A DNA stretch of 60,393 nucleotides, counting the filler, from Basidiobolus ranarum (lineage: Eukaryota): the NCBI GenBank assembly GCA_040143965.1. It is 12 parts of 12 records of this genome, joined end to end, with 100 filler letters (N's around TTAATTAATTAA, not from the genome) between each part and the next. Parts side by side here need not be neighbours in the genome. Positions count along the whole stretch, not along the records: positions 1 to 4,953 come from JASJQH010001769.1; positions 5,054 to 10,005 come from JASJQH010001770.1; positions 10,106 to 15,052 come from JASJQH010001771.1; 9 more parts are not named here. One strand, written 5' to 3'. Below are positions 1-11,385 of the stretch, piece after piece. The stretch's first letter is position 1. Each line of letters opens with the position of its first letter. The notes beneath the pieces were generated by a model that was given only the letters and a program-made list of their open reading frames with translations, was not told where the DNA came from and did no database searches. The translations under genes and the position numbers were made by a program.

Positions 1-855
1 CCAAAATCACATGGATTTGAGACAATCATGGAAAAAATCAAAAACCAGGTGTTACTATGAAGGTACTTGACTTATTTCATATCACTTATCCTGGGTTTTT
101 GCAAGTAAATTGCAATTGGGCTAGTATAGGCCTATTCATGAAACATCTCAAAAATGTACTCAATTATTGACTTGGAAAAGAAAGAAAAGCAGCTAAAGAA
201 GTACTCAAGGAACAGGAAGTTAGTAAACCCAAGGGAAAAGCAAAGGAGCCCATGAGTTTAGGCTCTACTGTCTCACTTACCAAATTCTTTACATCATTAG
301 AAAGATCTGCATATCCAGAGTCAGATATACTGCCAAAAAGTTAACTAAGATGTTGAATAAAGATTAATTATGCAACATTAGCTTCAGTAATGAGGCATGT
401 ATCAGAGACAGAAAGCAATATATCCATAGCCCCTATATTCTAATTAGAAAAGTCTTGATATCTGTATAAGCAGTATTTCTAATTACCCCTACCTATTTAT
501 TATATCTTTTTACACATACTCCTAAATATCTCAAAAAATTGTCTTACTTCTTTGCTATATAAGCAAACATATTCTTCTAAGAATACAGTAACTAAAACAG
601 TATCATAAATTACCACTATTATACAAAGTCTGCCCCCATTTTGTCTAGATCCTCCAACAGTTAACCAAGATGTTAAATAAAGATCAACTTACCAATAGTT
701 TTGCATTCTGCTGTGCAACATCCATATCTCTGCCACTATGCCATAAGGCTGATTTCCTTGCTATCTGAACACTGTGCTTGGTGAAGCTTCTTCTTCAGAG
801 TTGTGCATCATGCTTCTCTATTTCAGACCATTAACATGATAATAGAAGCTGTAAC

Positions 856-1180
856 TTTTAAAGTATTTTGGGAACCTGTTGGAAGTGGTTTGGAGAAATA
901 GAGAAATTGGTGGTTTCACCCATTGTTTTATTAAGTAGAAAGTTAACATCTATAGTTTTGTCATGATCTAAGCAAACTAATGAATAGACTATGTTGAGGA
1001 ATGTCCCATTAATATGTGTGCAAATTTGGGGCTTCTAGCACAAGTTTGAAGAATCTCTATATCTGAGAACTTCTAAGTAAATTCTGATATTGAGTAAAGG
1101 GTGGTATCTCAGTTCAATATAGGATAGCTAAATACTAAGCTATATATGACTTTGGTGTTTAGGCAATGCTAATTTCAACA
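856..1180 (-). mobile_element. Ty1/copia LTR family A, degenerate solo LTR
   Basis: Matches the ~345-bp repeat TGTTAAAGTATTTGGG...GCAATGCTAATTTCAACA seen more than 10 times in the window. Flanks GTAAC/ATAAT may be a decayed 5-bp TSD. Confidence 0.85.
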
Positions 1181-1835
1181 ATAATATCATTCTATTGTTT
1201 AGCCCTTGAAATAATGACTTCATGAGTCTATCATAGAAACAATATTTTAGATAGCATTATTACATATCAACTTCATAAATGTATTCCAAATAATATCTGT
1301 TGAACATATATTGTATGTAATATGCGTAAAGCTTGTATATAATTCCAATCAGAAGATAGCGGATATATATGCTCCTCTGGCAATGTATGACATTTGAAAT
1401 ATCAGCAGAAAAGCAAATGTGTAAATGTATATATAGGGGGGAAAGCCAGCAGTTGATAGTATTGCAAAATATGTAGCTTTGTGGTAGATATTGTTGTAAA
1501 ATAAGGGCAATTTTATGGTATTCGACAACTAGTATAGTAATGGAATCATCAACCCCAATTACCTCATATGAACGATTGAATTCCAATTCAAGTCATAAAT
1601 CCATACTTATATATATTACACCACCAAAGTTATCAATGTTCATTGATAAGCTTAGTACGTAATATAAATGAACTATACATCATTCACTGTAACACTCACT
1701 TGGCTATTTACCTGAAACATCATTAAATGGTGACTCATAGACCAGAAAGTGACTGTCAGAATATATGACACTCACTTACTGAACAACCTTCATTTTCCCT
1801 CGAATATTGCTTTTCTCAAGTCCGCTCACTTTTGG

Positions 1836-3597
1836 ATGACTGGTTCTAATAGATCCACTTCACCCGCAGAATTAATTCTTTCTCATTCTGCACCTTCTTC
1901 TCCCACCACACCCCTATTAGGTCGCTCTCTGTCGAATAACTATTATGGCTCTTCGGGAGTGGAGTTGAGAATTGATATTTGCGAAGAACAAGACTATGAC
2001 CCCAGTACTGTGCCTGCCTATGTTGCCTTTAATATTGAAGATGGACACTTTGATTCTTCCAGTGCTCTTTCACACGATGATGTTTGTTTACCTCCCGAAA
2101 TAACAGGTTTGGGAGAAGAGGGGATTGATTTCGAAGCCCTTAAAGGATACTTGGAAGAGAATGTCGCTGAAGACGGTTTAATTTCACCTACACTTCAACC
2201 TTCTCCCCCAACAAAGCGTACAACTTTTAAATCTCAAGCTCAATCCATTAAAAGCCAGGTATTATTCTCCGTTCAATTCAAGTTGAGGAATTTCGTGAAC
2301 CCTAAGTGGCAATATTTTTGTTCAGGAAACCCGCTATCGATTTATGTTCCATTCAGACATCACAGGAGTGATATACTCGCGTTCGTTTCATGAGATTGCT
2401 ACTGATACCAAGGATCTGTCTGAACTTCTGAAAGAACATTTCTGGATTGATGTATTCAATCCTACCGATAATGAACTCAAAGTAATAAGTAAGGTTCGTA
2501 AATTGATATAAATAAGAGTAATTTTCATAGCCTGCCGTTGTTCATTTCTTTTATAGATCTTTAGAATCCATCCACTTACCACAGAAGACATTCAGGGAGA
2601 AGAAACTCGAGAGAAATTCGAAATATTCACCAATTATCATTTCATTTGTTTCCGTACCTTTGATCAAGACCCTAATAGCTCTACATATATGGAGCCCATT
2701 AGCATATATAATGTTATCATGAAAGAAGGAATACTCACGGTTAGATTTTCTTTTACTTGCCATTGCACTGTCCATATTCTAACAATCTTTGTATAGTTTC
2801 ATTTTCGTTTAACACCCCATGTACCCAACGTCCTTCGAAGAATTCGACACTTGAAGAACATCATTAAAGTGACTCCAGGTGAGTGAGTTATCGTTTTCTT
2901 GAAATTCATAAGCTAACTTTATGTCAACAGATTGGATCAACTATGCTATTATTGATGATGTGACTGATGCATTTGGCCCCTTAATACAGAATATAGAGTT
3001 TGAGGCGGATTCGATCGATGAGTTGGTCTTAATTTTAAAGGAAACTGAGCAGTCAGACATGTTGCGTCGGATTGGATATGCGCGCAAAGTAGTTATGGGC
3101 TTACTCCGTTTACTAGGCCCCAAGGCCGATATTATTAAGAGACTGATAAAACGATACAATGAATACAACATCTCACCTAACCCAAGTGCTGACATCGCCT
3201 TGTATTTAGGAGATATTGAAGGTAATGACGTTCGTAAACCTCCCACATTCAACACGACGAACTAACGCTAATAACCTTAGATCACATCCTCACCATGCTG
3301 CAAAGCACGAATCATTATGAGAAGATCCTGTCCAGGTCTCATGCGAACTATCTAGCCCAGATTAATATTGAAATCACTCAGACGGCCAACCGCACCAATG
3401 ATGTGATGGCTAAAATGACTCTTCTGGCCTCAGTGACTGTACCAATGAACATCATAACAGGGCTATGGGGAATGAATGTCAAAGTCCCGGGACAAGATGA
3501 TGAGGATAGTCTTGGTTGGTTCTATGCCATCGTGGTCTTTATGTCACTTCTAGGGGTATTCTTGGTATGGATGGCGCGTAAATTGGGGCTCATTTAG
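1836..3597 (+). CDS. CorA-family Mg2+ transporter (ALR1/MNR2-like), 6 exons
   Basis: Exons ~1836-2258, 2326-2493, 2557-2739, 2796-2878, 2931-3221 and 3281-3597, with GT-AG introns. Motifs FWIDVFNPT, IHPLTTEDI, ETREK, DWINYAIIDD and GLWGMNVKVPG (the CorA GMN signature), plus two C-terminal TM helices. Confidence 0.93.
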
Positions 3598-4403
3598 CTA
3601 TTCACTATCTTAGTATGATCATGATGCACCTTCCCCGGCTCGATATTCCTTCTCCACCCTATTCTCATTTCGAACACTTGCAGCATATGCAAGGAACATG
3701 CACTCGTATGGAGTATGGTGATCTTTATGAATGCAAGTGTAAAGGGAATACTCAAGCGATTCTGGAATCTAGGCGTGAATTCATATGATTACACAAGGAG
3801 CATAACCCAAAGTTCACAGATCTCCGACGTGTATTATTTAATAAACAATTGAAGCAAAAGCCAGAAAAACGTATCTGCAATGCATTCCTGTTATTCTATC
3901 ACAAACCACATCTAGATTAACCATACTAGTGATCTCGGTTAATAGATAAAATGGCTACTAGTGTTGGACAATGAGCGACAATGTGTATGATATTCTTGTG
4001 ATCCTAAGCTGCTCTTGCGTAACATTCCTATAGTCTCCATTTTACTGGGATATAACCCTAACCCTGAGTTAACTAATTTTTCTCAGCCTAAAGCGAATGA
4101 CTAATATGAAACTACAATTAACAAATAACTAAGCGATAGTACACGACTTGGACAACAAAATTTGAACTACAGGGCGCATACGTCTCTACGTAGGTTTCCA
4201 CATCAATACGAAGCATCACTAAATGATTGGCAGTAGATGATTGGTGGCCCGTGTTACCAGTTAGAGTTACTGTGGTATTTCTTTGTCATCTGAAATAGTG
4301 GCTGCCTAAATTGTACCCGATCTCCATTTATATAAAATGCTACCAACTGACTATCTTATCTTTAAGTCACCTCTCATTATTATACCTCCTTTCCCCCAAT
4401 AAT

Positions 4404-4953
4404 ATGTCACCTAATACCGAAAGACGTGTCGCTTCAGTCAAAGCTCACCTTGAGTCCAACAAGTCAGATAGTGTAAATTCTCTACAACCTCCCAAGTAAG
4501 CTCAATAGTCAACTAGTGCATACAAACAACCATATTTATTTTATTTCTTAGGCCTACCGAGAGTCTGGCTGCAGAGAGAGCTAACCCATCTTTCCCTATA
4601 CGTGAGCTTACCTATTATTTGGATGGAGGTGAAGAGCAGACGAAGGTTCGTTCATTTTAGGGGATGATAATATAATCCATTTCTAATTCTGACCCCATTT
4701 TCCCCACGAATTAGCTAAATGAGAAATTCATGTTTCAACTGGAAAGAGATCCATTATGGAAAATGGAAGATCATTACAATTTGACTCTTCCTGAAGTGAG
4801 AGAAAGAACTTTACTCAAATTCAGGAATGTCCTTCCTTCTTTAGCCAATGAATCCAATGAAAACTTCCACAAACGTCTTACTCTGATGGGTTTGGTAGAT
4901 CCAGCTTTTTATACCAGAATTGCTGTTCACACCGAATTATTCTTTAATACCAT
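4404..4953 (+). CDS. POX1: Peroxisomal acyl-CoA oxidase, 5' part (cut by contig end)
   Basis: Three exons read MSPNTERRVASVKAHL..., LAAERANPSFPIRELTYYLDGG and QLERDPLWKMEDHYNLTLPEVRERT...DPAFYTRIAVH, typical of the acyl-CoA oxidase N-domain. TATATAAAA lies at 4329 and reversed CCAAT boxes lie upstream. Confidence 0.88.
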
Positions 4954-5053
4954 NNNNNNNNNNNNNNNNNNNNNNNNNNNNNNNNNNNNNNNNNNNNTTA
5001 ATTAATTAANNNNNNNNNNNNNNNNNNNNNNNNNNNNNNNNNNNNNNNNNNNN
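4954..5053. other. Artificial contig linker N44-TTAATTAATTAA-N44 (also at 10006, 15053, 20097, 25140, 30180, 35220, 40257, 45294, 50330, 55364)
   Basis: Identical 100-nt spacer with stops in all six frames. Contig lengths fall from 4953 to 4930 nt. Confidence 0.99.
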
Positions 5054-5071
5054 AAGCTACACAATTCTTAG

Positions 5072-6271
5072 GAAGAGTGTGGATACAATCCTTTCAGGTC
5101 TGAAAAGTACGTAACTTTCTTCTGGTTGGTCTTTCCTGTTGGTCACTGCTCTTGGTACTAATCTGTTGCTCAATTTGTCATTAGCCTCGATCCAAAGCAT
5201 CACAAAGTAGGCGATAACAAAGAGTAAGACTTCATTACAATATTTAGGATGTAGTAATCACTGCTGCCACAGATGATGAATGACTTGTTTACTTGCAATG
5301 ACGCCTATTTCTTGTTACCACCCAAGTGGTGATCTGTTGGTAGAACACTAACCGTTCATTTTACTACTGTGCTGATTTGAATTTTTCTACTTTCAGAGCC
5401 TTCAGTGTGCACAAAAATTCACTTGAGGAAGACTCTACTTTGGCTTTTGCTCTTGGAAGTGCCGAAACGCAAGAGAATATTTCCCTATTTTTTAAGGTAA
5501 CATCGTTATCCTCACCATCATCGATATCTTTTAATAATAATAATTCTATTGAGTTTTCTTCTTGTTGGATCCAATCTCACCTTTACTATTAGGATCTTCA
5601 CCGGGTCGGAGAGCAGGTGATGCAATGTTTTGCCATTGCGCTGCAGATCCCAGATTCCGAAGGAGGAATGAACTATTTTAGCGACAAACACCCTTGGAGT
5701 GAAAGCTCAGGAACAATGCTCCGCTTTCATCACTACCCTCAGCAGTCAAACAACCCCGGTGTGCCCTTAGCTGGATGGTAACATTTGATAATAATATTGA
5801 TTTTCGAGGAATAGCCGAATCTAACTCTTTAATGTGTGCTTAATAACCATTAGCCACTCCGACTATGGCTCCGTCACCATCCTAATACAAAAGGATATTC
5901 CTGGGCTAGAGGTTAAGGCTTACAGAAGTCATAATGACCAAACTGATGTCCCTTGGATCTCGGCCCCTGTCATACCAGAAACACTTCTGATCAACATCGG
6001 GGATGCCATGCAGATGTGGACTAATGGTCTTCTTAAGTCGACCAAGCACCGTGTTGTCTACCACCCAGCCCAACAGACCCAGCCACGCTACTCAATTGCT
6101 TGCTTTCTTCAGCTAAGCGATGATACTAGGTTCCACCCGGTCCCGTCACCCTTGATTAGCAATCTTAATGAGGGCTGTGAAGATGAGAACGCGTTATGCA
6201 TGACTGCCAAAGAATATTTGCAGTACAAATTAGAGATGACATACGGCAACTTAATGAAATCTATCAAGTAA
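5072..6271 (+). CDS. 2-oxoglutarate/Fe(II)-dependent dioxygenase (IPNS-like family), 5'-truncated, at least 5 exons
   Basis: Exons ~5072-5106, 5185-5223, 5397-5496, 5593-5777 and 5853-6271. Motifs GDNKEAF, LRFHHYP, HSDYGSVTIL (HxD), INIGDAMQMWTNGLLKSTKHRV (distal His) and RYS (RxS). Confidence 0.92.
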
Positions 6272-6460
6272 CAAATGATCAATTGATTACGAAAGCCATA
6301 AGTGAGGCATAAGCAAACGTAATAAGACGACTATGAGATAAATGAACAAAAATAGTGTAGACAAATTGTGTAATTCATTGCTGTAACGCATCGGTTTTTT
6401 TTTGAGAGCAAACAATTCTATGTGGTTATCGAATCCTTAAGGCTTTATTATTACTAACAT

Positions 6461-7750
6461 TCAAACAATCCAACCAACATTTGCATTACCTCTGTGAATC
6501 AATATTCCTATTCTAACCAATTCATTTTTTACCAGTCGAATGGCAACTGGTTCACTTTCCTCCAAGGGTTTCTGGCTAAATATGTTCTTGCCTCCTTTAG
6601 CCCCTCCCTTGATATTAGTCTTAGCATACACTCGCATAGCTGCCTCATATTCCTCAACCGCCTTTGGCGAGAGCCCCTCACGCACAATGGCTTGGCAAAG
6701 CTCGCGACCGTCCATGAACGCCGTATTGGCTCCCATCCCACTGGCTGGTGACATACAATGGATGGCGTCTCCCAAGAAAGTGACTGGTGCCGATAAAGTC
6801 CAAGGGGTAATCTGGGCTGCGGAAGAAACGATGCGGAGAGTGCATGCCTGTGAACGATCTTGTAACTCAAGAAGTGAGCAAATGGCTGGATTCCAGGTTT
6901 TCGTCAGCTGAAGAGAAAGGTCAGCACACTGTGCGGGTGAGAGGTGAAGTAGATCATGGTCGGCAAGACCAAACATCTCCTGATGGGAGACCATAACCCA
7001 ATAGTAGTAGTCTGGAGTGCGTGGAATTGAGCCGACATGAGACCAATCACTTGGGAAGCGAATTGATTCAAGAAACAAGGCAAGTGTCATATCAGTACAA
7101 GAGTTATCTTTGATGAGTACAATGCCATTCTGTGCTTGTATAGGGAATATTTTCTCTAATTGTGGAGTAATGGGGGTCTTGCCGTATATGCACCGTCCTC
7201 GCGTGTCTAAAGGGATGTGATCAGGCAGATACTGCCTACGAACACCAGAGCGTATATCATCTGCACCTACAAGCAAAGCGCCTTCGATAGAGGTGCTGCC
7301 GTCAGAAAAATGGGCCACAATCTTATCTTCAGACAGGTATTCTGCTGAGGTAAACTCCTTATTGAAATGGACATCATCCTCGATGCCGATGAGAAGCACT
7401 TGGCGGAGAATACTTCGATCAGCTGTGTATGGTCCCAGTTGATCCTTCACATTTGGCACTAGTGAGGGACCACGTCCAGGGGTGTTTGCACCTGTCAGCG
7501 GGTTCAATCCAGTCATTCCTGGGTGTGTCATTGCACATGAAGCCTCGAAGACCTGCCAGAGATTTTCTGGTAAAGTTGCACGCAGAGCGTGTGCTCCATC
7601 ATTGTTGATTCGAATACGGTATCCTTGAGAGCGAGCTGAAGAAGAAGCGTCCCGCTCATAGATAACAAATGGAATCTTATTCTTCTTGAGTCCTTGTGCG
7701 AGGCATAGTCCACCGAGGCCTGAGCCTATGATTATGATGTGTTTGGACAT
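6461..7750 (-). CDS. FAD-dependent monooxygenase (aromatic hydroxylase class), intronless
   Basis: 429-aa ORF with IIIIGSGLGG Rossmann motif, YERD...RSQGYRIRI, LLVGADDIRSGVR (DG-motif variant) and VTFLGDAIHCMSPASGMGANTAF (GD motif). Confidence 0.92.
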   Translation of the reverse strand: MSKHIIIIGSGLGGLCLAQGLKKNKIPFVIYERDASSSARSQGYRIRINNDGAHALRATLPENLWQVFEASCAMTHPGMTGLNPLTGANTPGRGPSLVPNVKDQLGPYTADRSILRQVLLIGIEDDVHFNKEFTSAEYLSEDKIVAHFSDGSTSIEGALLVGADDIRSGVRRQYLPDHIPLDTRGRCIYGKTPITPQLEKIFPIQAQNGIVLIKDNSCTDMTLALFLESIRFPSDWSHVGSIPRTPDYYYWVMVSHQEMFGLADHDLLHLSPAQCADLSLQLTKTWNPAICSLLELQDRSQACTLRIVSSAAQITPWTLSAPVTFLGDAIHCMSPASGMGANTAFMDGRELCQAIVREGLSPKAVEEYEAAMRVYAKTNIKGGAKGGKNIFSQKPLEESEPVAIRLVKNELVRIGILIHRGNANVGWIV

Positions 7751-8420
7751 TAAGGGAGTTGATTATATTGTTTGGTTGGAAACGATAACCTAACTATGGG
7801 AGTTTTATATTATTTCCTTGTACTGAGCCATTTCAGACCTTATATCTACCTTGATCCTTATCTCCAAGAATTATTGAATGGTTGCAAAGAGATCATCTAT
7901 GCTTTCTAGTGTAGCAATATTGATTCCTTTTAATTCATGTTACAGTTGTGGTTTCAATGTCTATAGACTTAGCTAATAAGCACTTTTCAGCTTGAAAATT
8001 TACCTAGCCTTTACTAACCCAATGTAATATGGCAAAATATAATACGCATATTAGAAAAAATAACCTCTCCTATATCTAGTCTTTTTTGTTGCATCATGTT
8101 CCCATATTTTACCACTGTTATGAACACAGATTTCTGGGTATATGTGTTTCAAGCTGACTCTAGAGCATTCTTGGATATCTTGATTACATCAAACAGTGAG
8201 CAAAGCACTTACCAATACGAACATCTAGTGAGAGCAGTACTGGTTTATTCGTAAATAAGCTCAATTAAGGTGTACCCCACATTGATGAAATGACCACAAG
8301 TGGCTTATATTATTTCGATTAGAGGCAGATCTTGATTAAACCTTACCATCTTACTCCCATTTACATACCGCCTAAAGGTAAGAAAGATTGACACTGAGGT
8401 AACTGTGAGGTAAGGGCAGG

Positions 8421-8529
8421 GGCAAGTTATGCTTTAAAGTGAGAAATCAACTCTAAGGGGTAGGTTATACTCTAAGGTGAGAAATTAACACGAAGAGTTA
8501 GGCTATACTTTCAGGTGAGAAATTGCACC
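8421..8529 (+). repeat. Degenerate 38-bp tandem repeat (x3) in the divergent FMO/DAO intergenic region
   Basis: Core GTGAGAAAT at 8439, 8477 and 8515, each preceded by a similar AGGTTATACT-like motif. Confidence 0.75.
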
Positions 8530-9046
8530 TTTACTAACAAGTTAATAATCATGGGTCGTTGAAAGGCCTCACCTAATATGGGGTTATTCCCTTACGTAGT
8601 GATTCAAACAAGAAAGGTACCTTTAAGTTGGTGGATGATTGACTCTGGGTGGTCAACACTCATGACGAATCTTCGTTGAAAAGAAATCTATCTATTGGCT
8701 CTTCTCGGTTGCACACACCAGATATATCACAAAACCTGAGCTCTCGTGTCTTTCTGCGATATCATAATGAACTGTGAAGCAGTCTCACTTTGATTTATAC
8801 GCTTATGCTAATAGTTATATCTAGAGCTAAGCCATAAAAGTGATCAGAGTGCTACTAACATGTAGCCGGCTTAAGAGCTGGTTTTCGTTTAGGGAGCGTT
8901 CCCCAGAATGGATAGAGTACTCAATATGGCGATACCTGATGTGCTTAGGGAGAGGCTTTATTTTGAGTATATAAGAAGCCAAGTTGTATGCATGGCTAAG
9001 AATCTCAACATACTCTCTAAAGCTAAAATAGTATCTACATTTCAAG

Positions 9047-10005
9047 ATGCAATCAATGAATTCTGGGGACCTCTATAAGAAAGAGAAAATCACTCGATCT
9101 GATGGTACCAAGCCTCACGTTCTGATCATTGGAGGAGGTGTCTCCGGTCTAACTACCGCCTGGACTTTACGTAATGCTGGATGTAAAGTCACCGTAGTTG
9201 CCGAACAATATACCGAGCTTGGACCTCAGGACAAGGAAATTGTCTCAGAGATTGCAGGAGCTTTGTGGGAATGGCCACCAGCCGTATGTGGTTCTCATGG
9301 AAAAGACACTGATGAGCAATTAAAGAATTTAAAGAGGTGGTGCCAAATCTCCTATATCCAATTCAAGGATCTTGCTGATAAATATGGTGCTAATGATACT
9401 GGTATCCGCAAACGGATGTCGTGCTTTTTATTCGAAAAAGAACTTGCTGATCAAGGATTAAAAAAGAAACAAGAGATTGCTAAGATTTGCGATGGCTTTA
9501 ACAATGATGTGCCAGGATTGATAAAGAAGTATAACTTGAATTCAAATACAGACAAAAAAGGATTCAATATTGTGGACGCTTATGAGCATTTGTCATATGT
9601 CGTAGATCCCGAGCAATATCTTCATTGGCTAAAAGCATTGGTGGAGAAGAAGAATGTAGCTCTTCTCCACGGAGTCCTAGAAGATACTATCCATGAAGAA
9701 ACACCATATTTACTGCAACGTTACAAGGCTGACATTCTCATCAACTGTACTGGTATGAGCTCTAGAGAGCTATGCGGTGACCAGAGGATGAAGCCACTAC
9801 GCGGAATTCTTATTCATGCCAAGAATGACGGGAAAAAATTCAAGAAGATCGAAAGCTGTATTTCAATCTCTCAACGTGATGCCGAGCTAAACGCCACTGC
9901 CGAAGAGAAATTGAAGGCAGAAGAGGGAAGGTTTGAGTTTATTGTTCCAAGGAATGACGACATTCTTATCCTCGGAGGTTATGCTCAAATGGGCAAAGAA
10001 AAGCA
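9047..10005 (+). CDS. D-amino-acid-oxidase-family FAD oxidoreductase, intronless, 3'-truncated
   Basis: Motifs HVLIIGGGVSGLTTA, AGALWEWPPAVCG, VVDPEQYLHWL, ILINCTGMSSRELCGD, PLRG and FIVPRNDDILILGG. The ORF stays open to the contig end. Confidence 0.9.
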
Positions 10006-10105
10006 NNNNNNNNNNNNNNNNNNNNNNNNNNNNNNNNNNNNNNNNNNNNTTAATTAATTAANNNNNNNNNNNNNNNNNNNNNNNNNNNNNNNNNNNNNNN
10101 NNNNN

Positions 10106-10346
10106 CATGATGTAAACAAACCAGCATGTAGAATGAGTATAGATAGATCCTAGGAGCATGTGTGCAAAGTATGGGGCTTCTAGAACAATTTTGATAAATC
10201 TCTGTACTGAGCACTTCTAATTTGGTAAAAATATTCTAAGTAAATTCTAACTGAGAATAATGGATAATAACTCAGTGAATTATAAGATAACTAAGTACTA
10301 AGCTATATATGACTGTATAGGTGTTTAGGCAATGCTAATTTCAACA
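10106..10346 (-). mobile_element. Copia LTR family A, partial
   Basis: Ends in AGGCAATGCTAATTTCAACA. An oppositely oriented fragment lies at ~10612-10769. Confidence 0.85.
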
Positions 10347-10389
10347 CTTGGCTGTAACAGTCTTCATGAGGTTTGTATATGGTAGCACA

Positions 10390-10610
10390 GATGATTCAGC
10401 TTAATGTAGTATTTCTGCATATATGCATTCCATGGGAAATTCCCTGGAGGTCAAGCATGGTCATGCAACCTCCAAAACCATGATGAATGGAGCAAAGCAT
10501 AAACTGAATACTGACAGAGTTGGATTCAATCATGGTAGTGTCTAACAAGTAATTGCTCAAACTTTGTCACAAATTGCCTGCCAAGCCATTGAATCTGATA
10601 CAAATCAGTG
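10390..10610 (-). pseudogene. Decayed CACTA/EnSpm-type transposase fragment
   Basis: Minus-strand translation QFVTKFEQL...IQLCQYSVYALLH...NFPMEC resembles the C-terminal (DUF4218-type) region seen at 21523-21912. Confidence 0.45.
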
Positions 10611-11385
10611 GTTGGGACATTCCTTAATGCATTCTACATTTTTGTTTGTTTGTTTACCTTGTGATAAAACTATAAATGTCAACTTCCTACTAAACAATTC
10701 AGTAAGGAAAACCATTAATCTCTCTAGTTCTCCAAGCCACTTCCAACTGACTCCCAAAATATGCTAATACAAATGTATTCACATTACTGTTCAGCTGGTA
10801 ACAAAGCATCAATATACATGCTGTAATACAATTAAGATACACTGTCACCCACTTGTACAGAGTGATTATATAGTAGGATGACTTGACTGGTCAAGCATGC
10901 AGGAAATTTGACTAAGCAAGTCAAGAAGTTAATGCTCATAATGGGATTAAATAATTTCAAATCTGAATAGCTTACTAGCTAAAGTGATATCAATGTCCAT
11001 AATGAATGCATTACTTGTAGCACATATTGATGTCACATTATAATATATGTACCACTCAGCCTTTGAATTCTAAAGATATCACAATGTGATATTTAGTATC
11101 AAAAGTATGGATCAATTTAAGTGCTTGAGTATGAGCAAGAAGGGAGAGTTGAGTGGAATACATTTATTTGGTTTGTACAGTGATGTTAATATGAACAATA
11201 CAGAAAGGAGTATATGGATGGGAGTTTCCATCACACTTGTCTGATGCAGTGAAATGAGCAAACACATCTACATAGGATATGCGTATGACTTTGCGAGGTT
11301 CATGTAAGATTAGAGTAAACAAATGGAAATGATACAGAGAGCCATAGAGTTAGGGTTAAGCTAAAACATCTGAGATACATATCAA

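Noticed and set aside
1..850. CpG-poor sequence with an internal duplication (337-370 vs 657-690)
   Set aside because: Probably old repeat debris, but no recognisable termini or protein motif.
1260..1586. 108-aa minus-strand ORF
   Set aside because: Non-ATG start, AT-rich I/Y-biased composition and no motif.
2941..3255. Antisense ORFs over real genes (also 6540-6911, 25449-25790, 27093-27515, 27717-28085, 36562-36804)
   Set aside because: Shadows of well-supported genes on the opposite strand.
4954..5053. Regularly spaced TTAATTAATTAA palindromes as a biological repeat or CRISPR-like array
   Set aside because: They sit in fixed N runs between length-sorted contigs and are an artificial linker. 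ORFs running into them (30232-30417, 50374-50565, 55416-55616) are artefacts.
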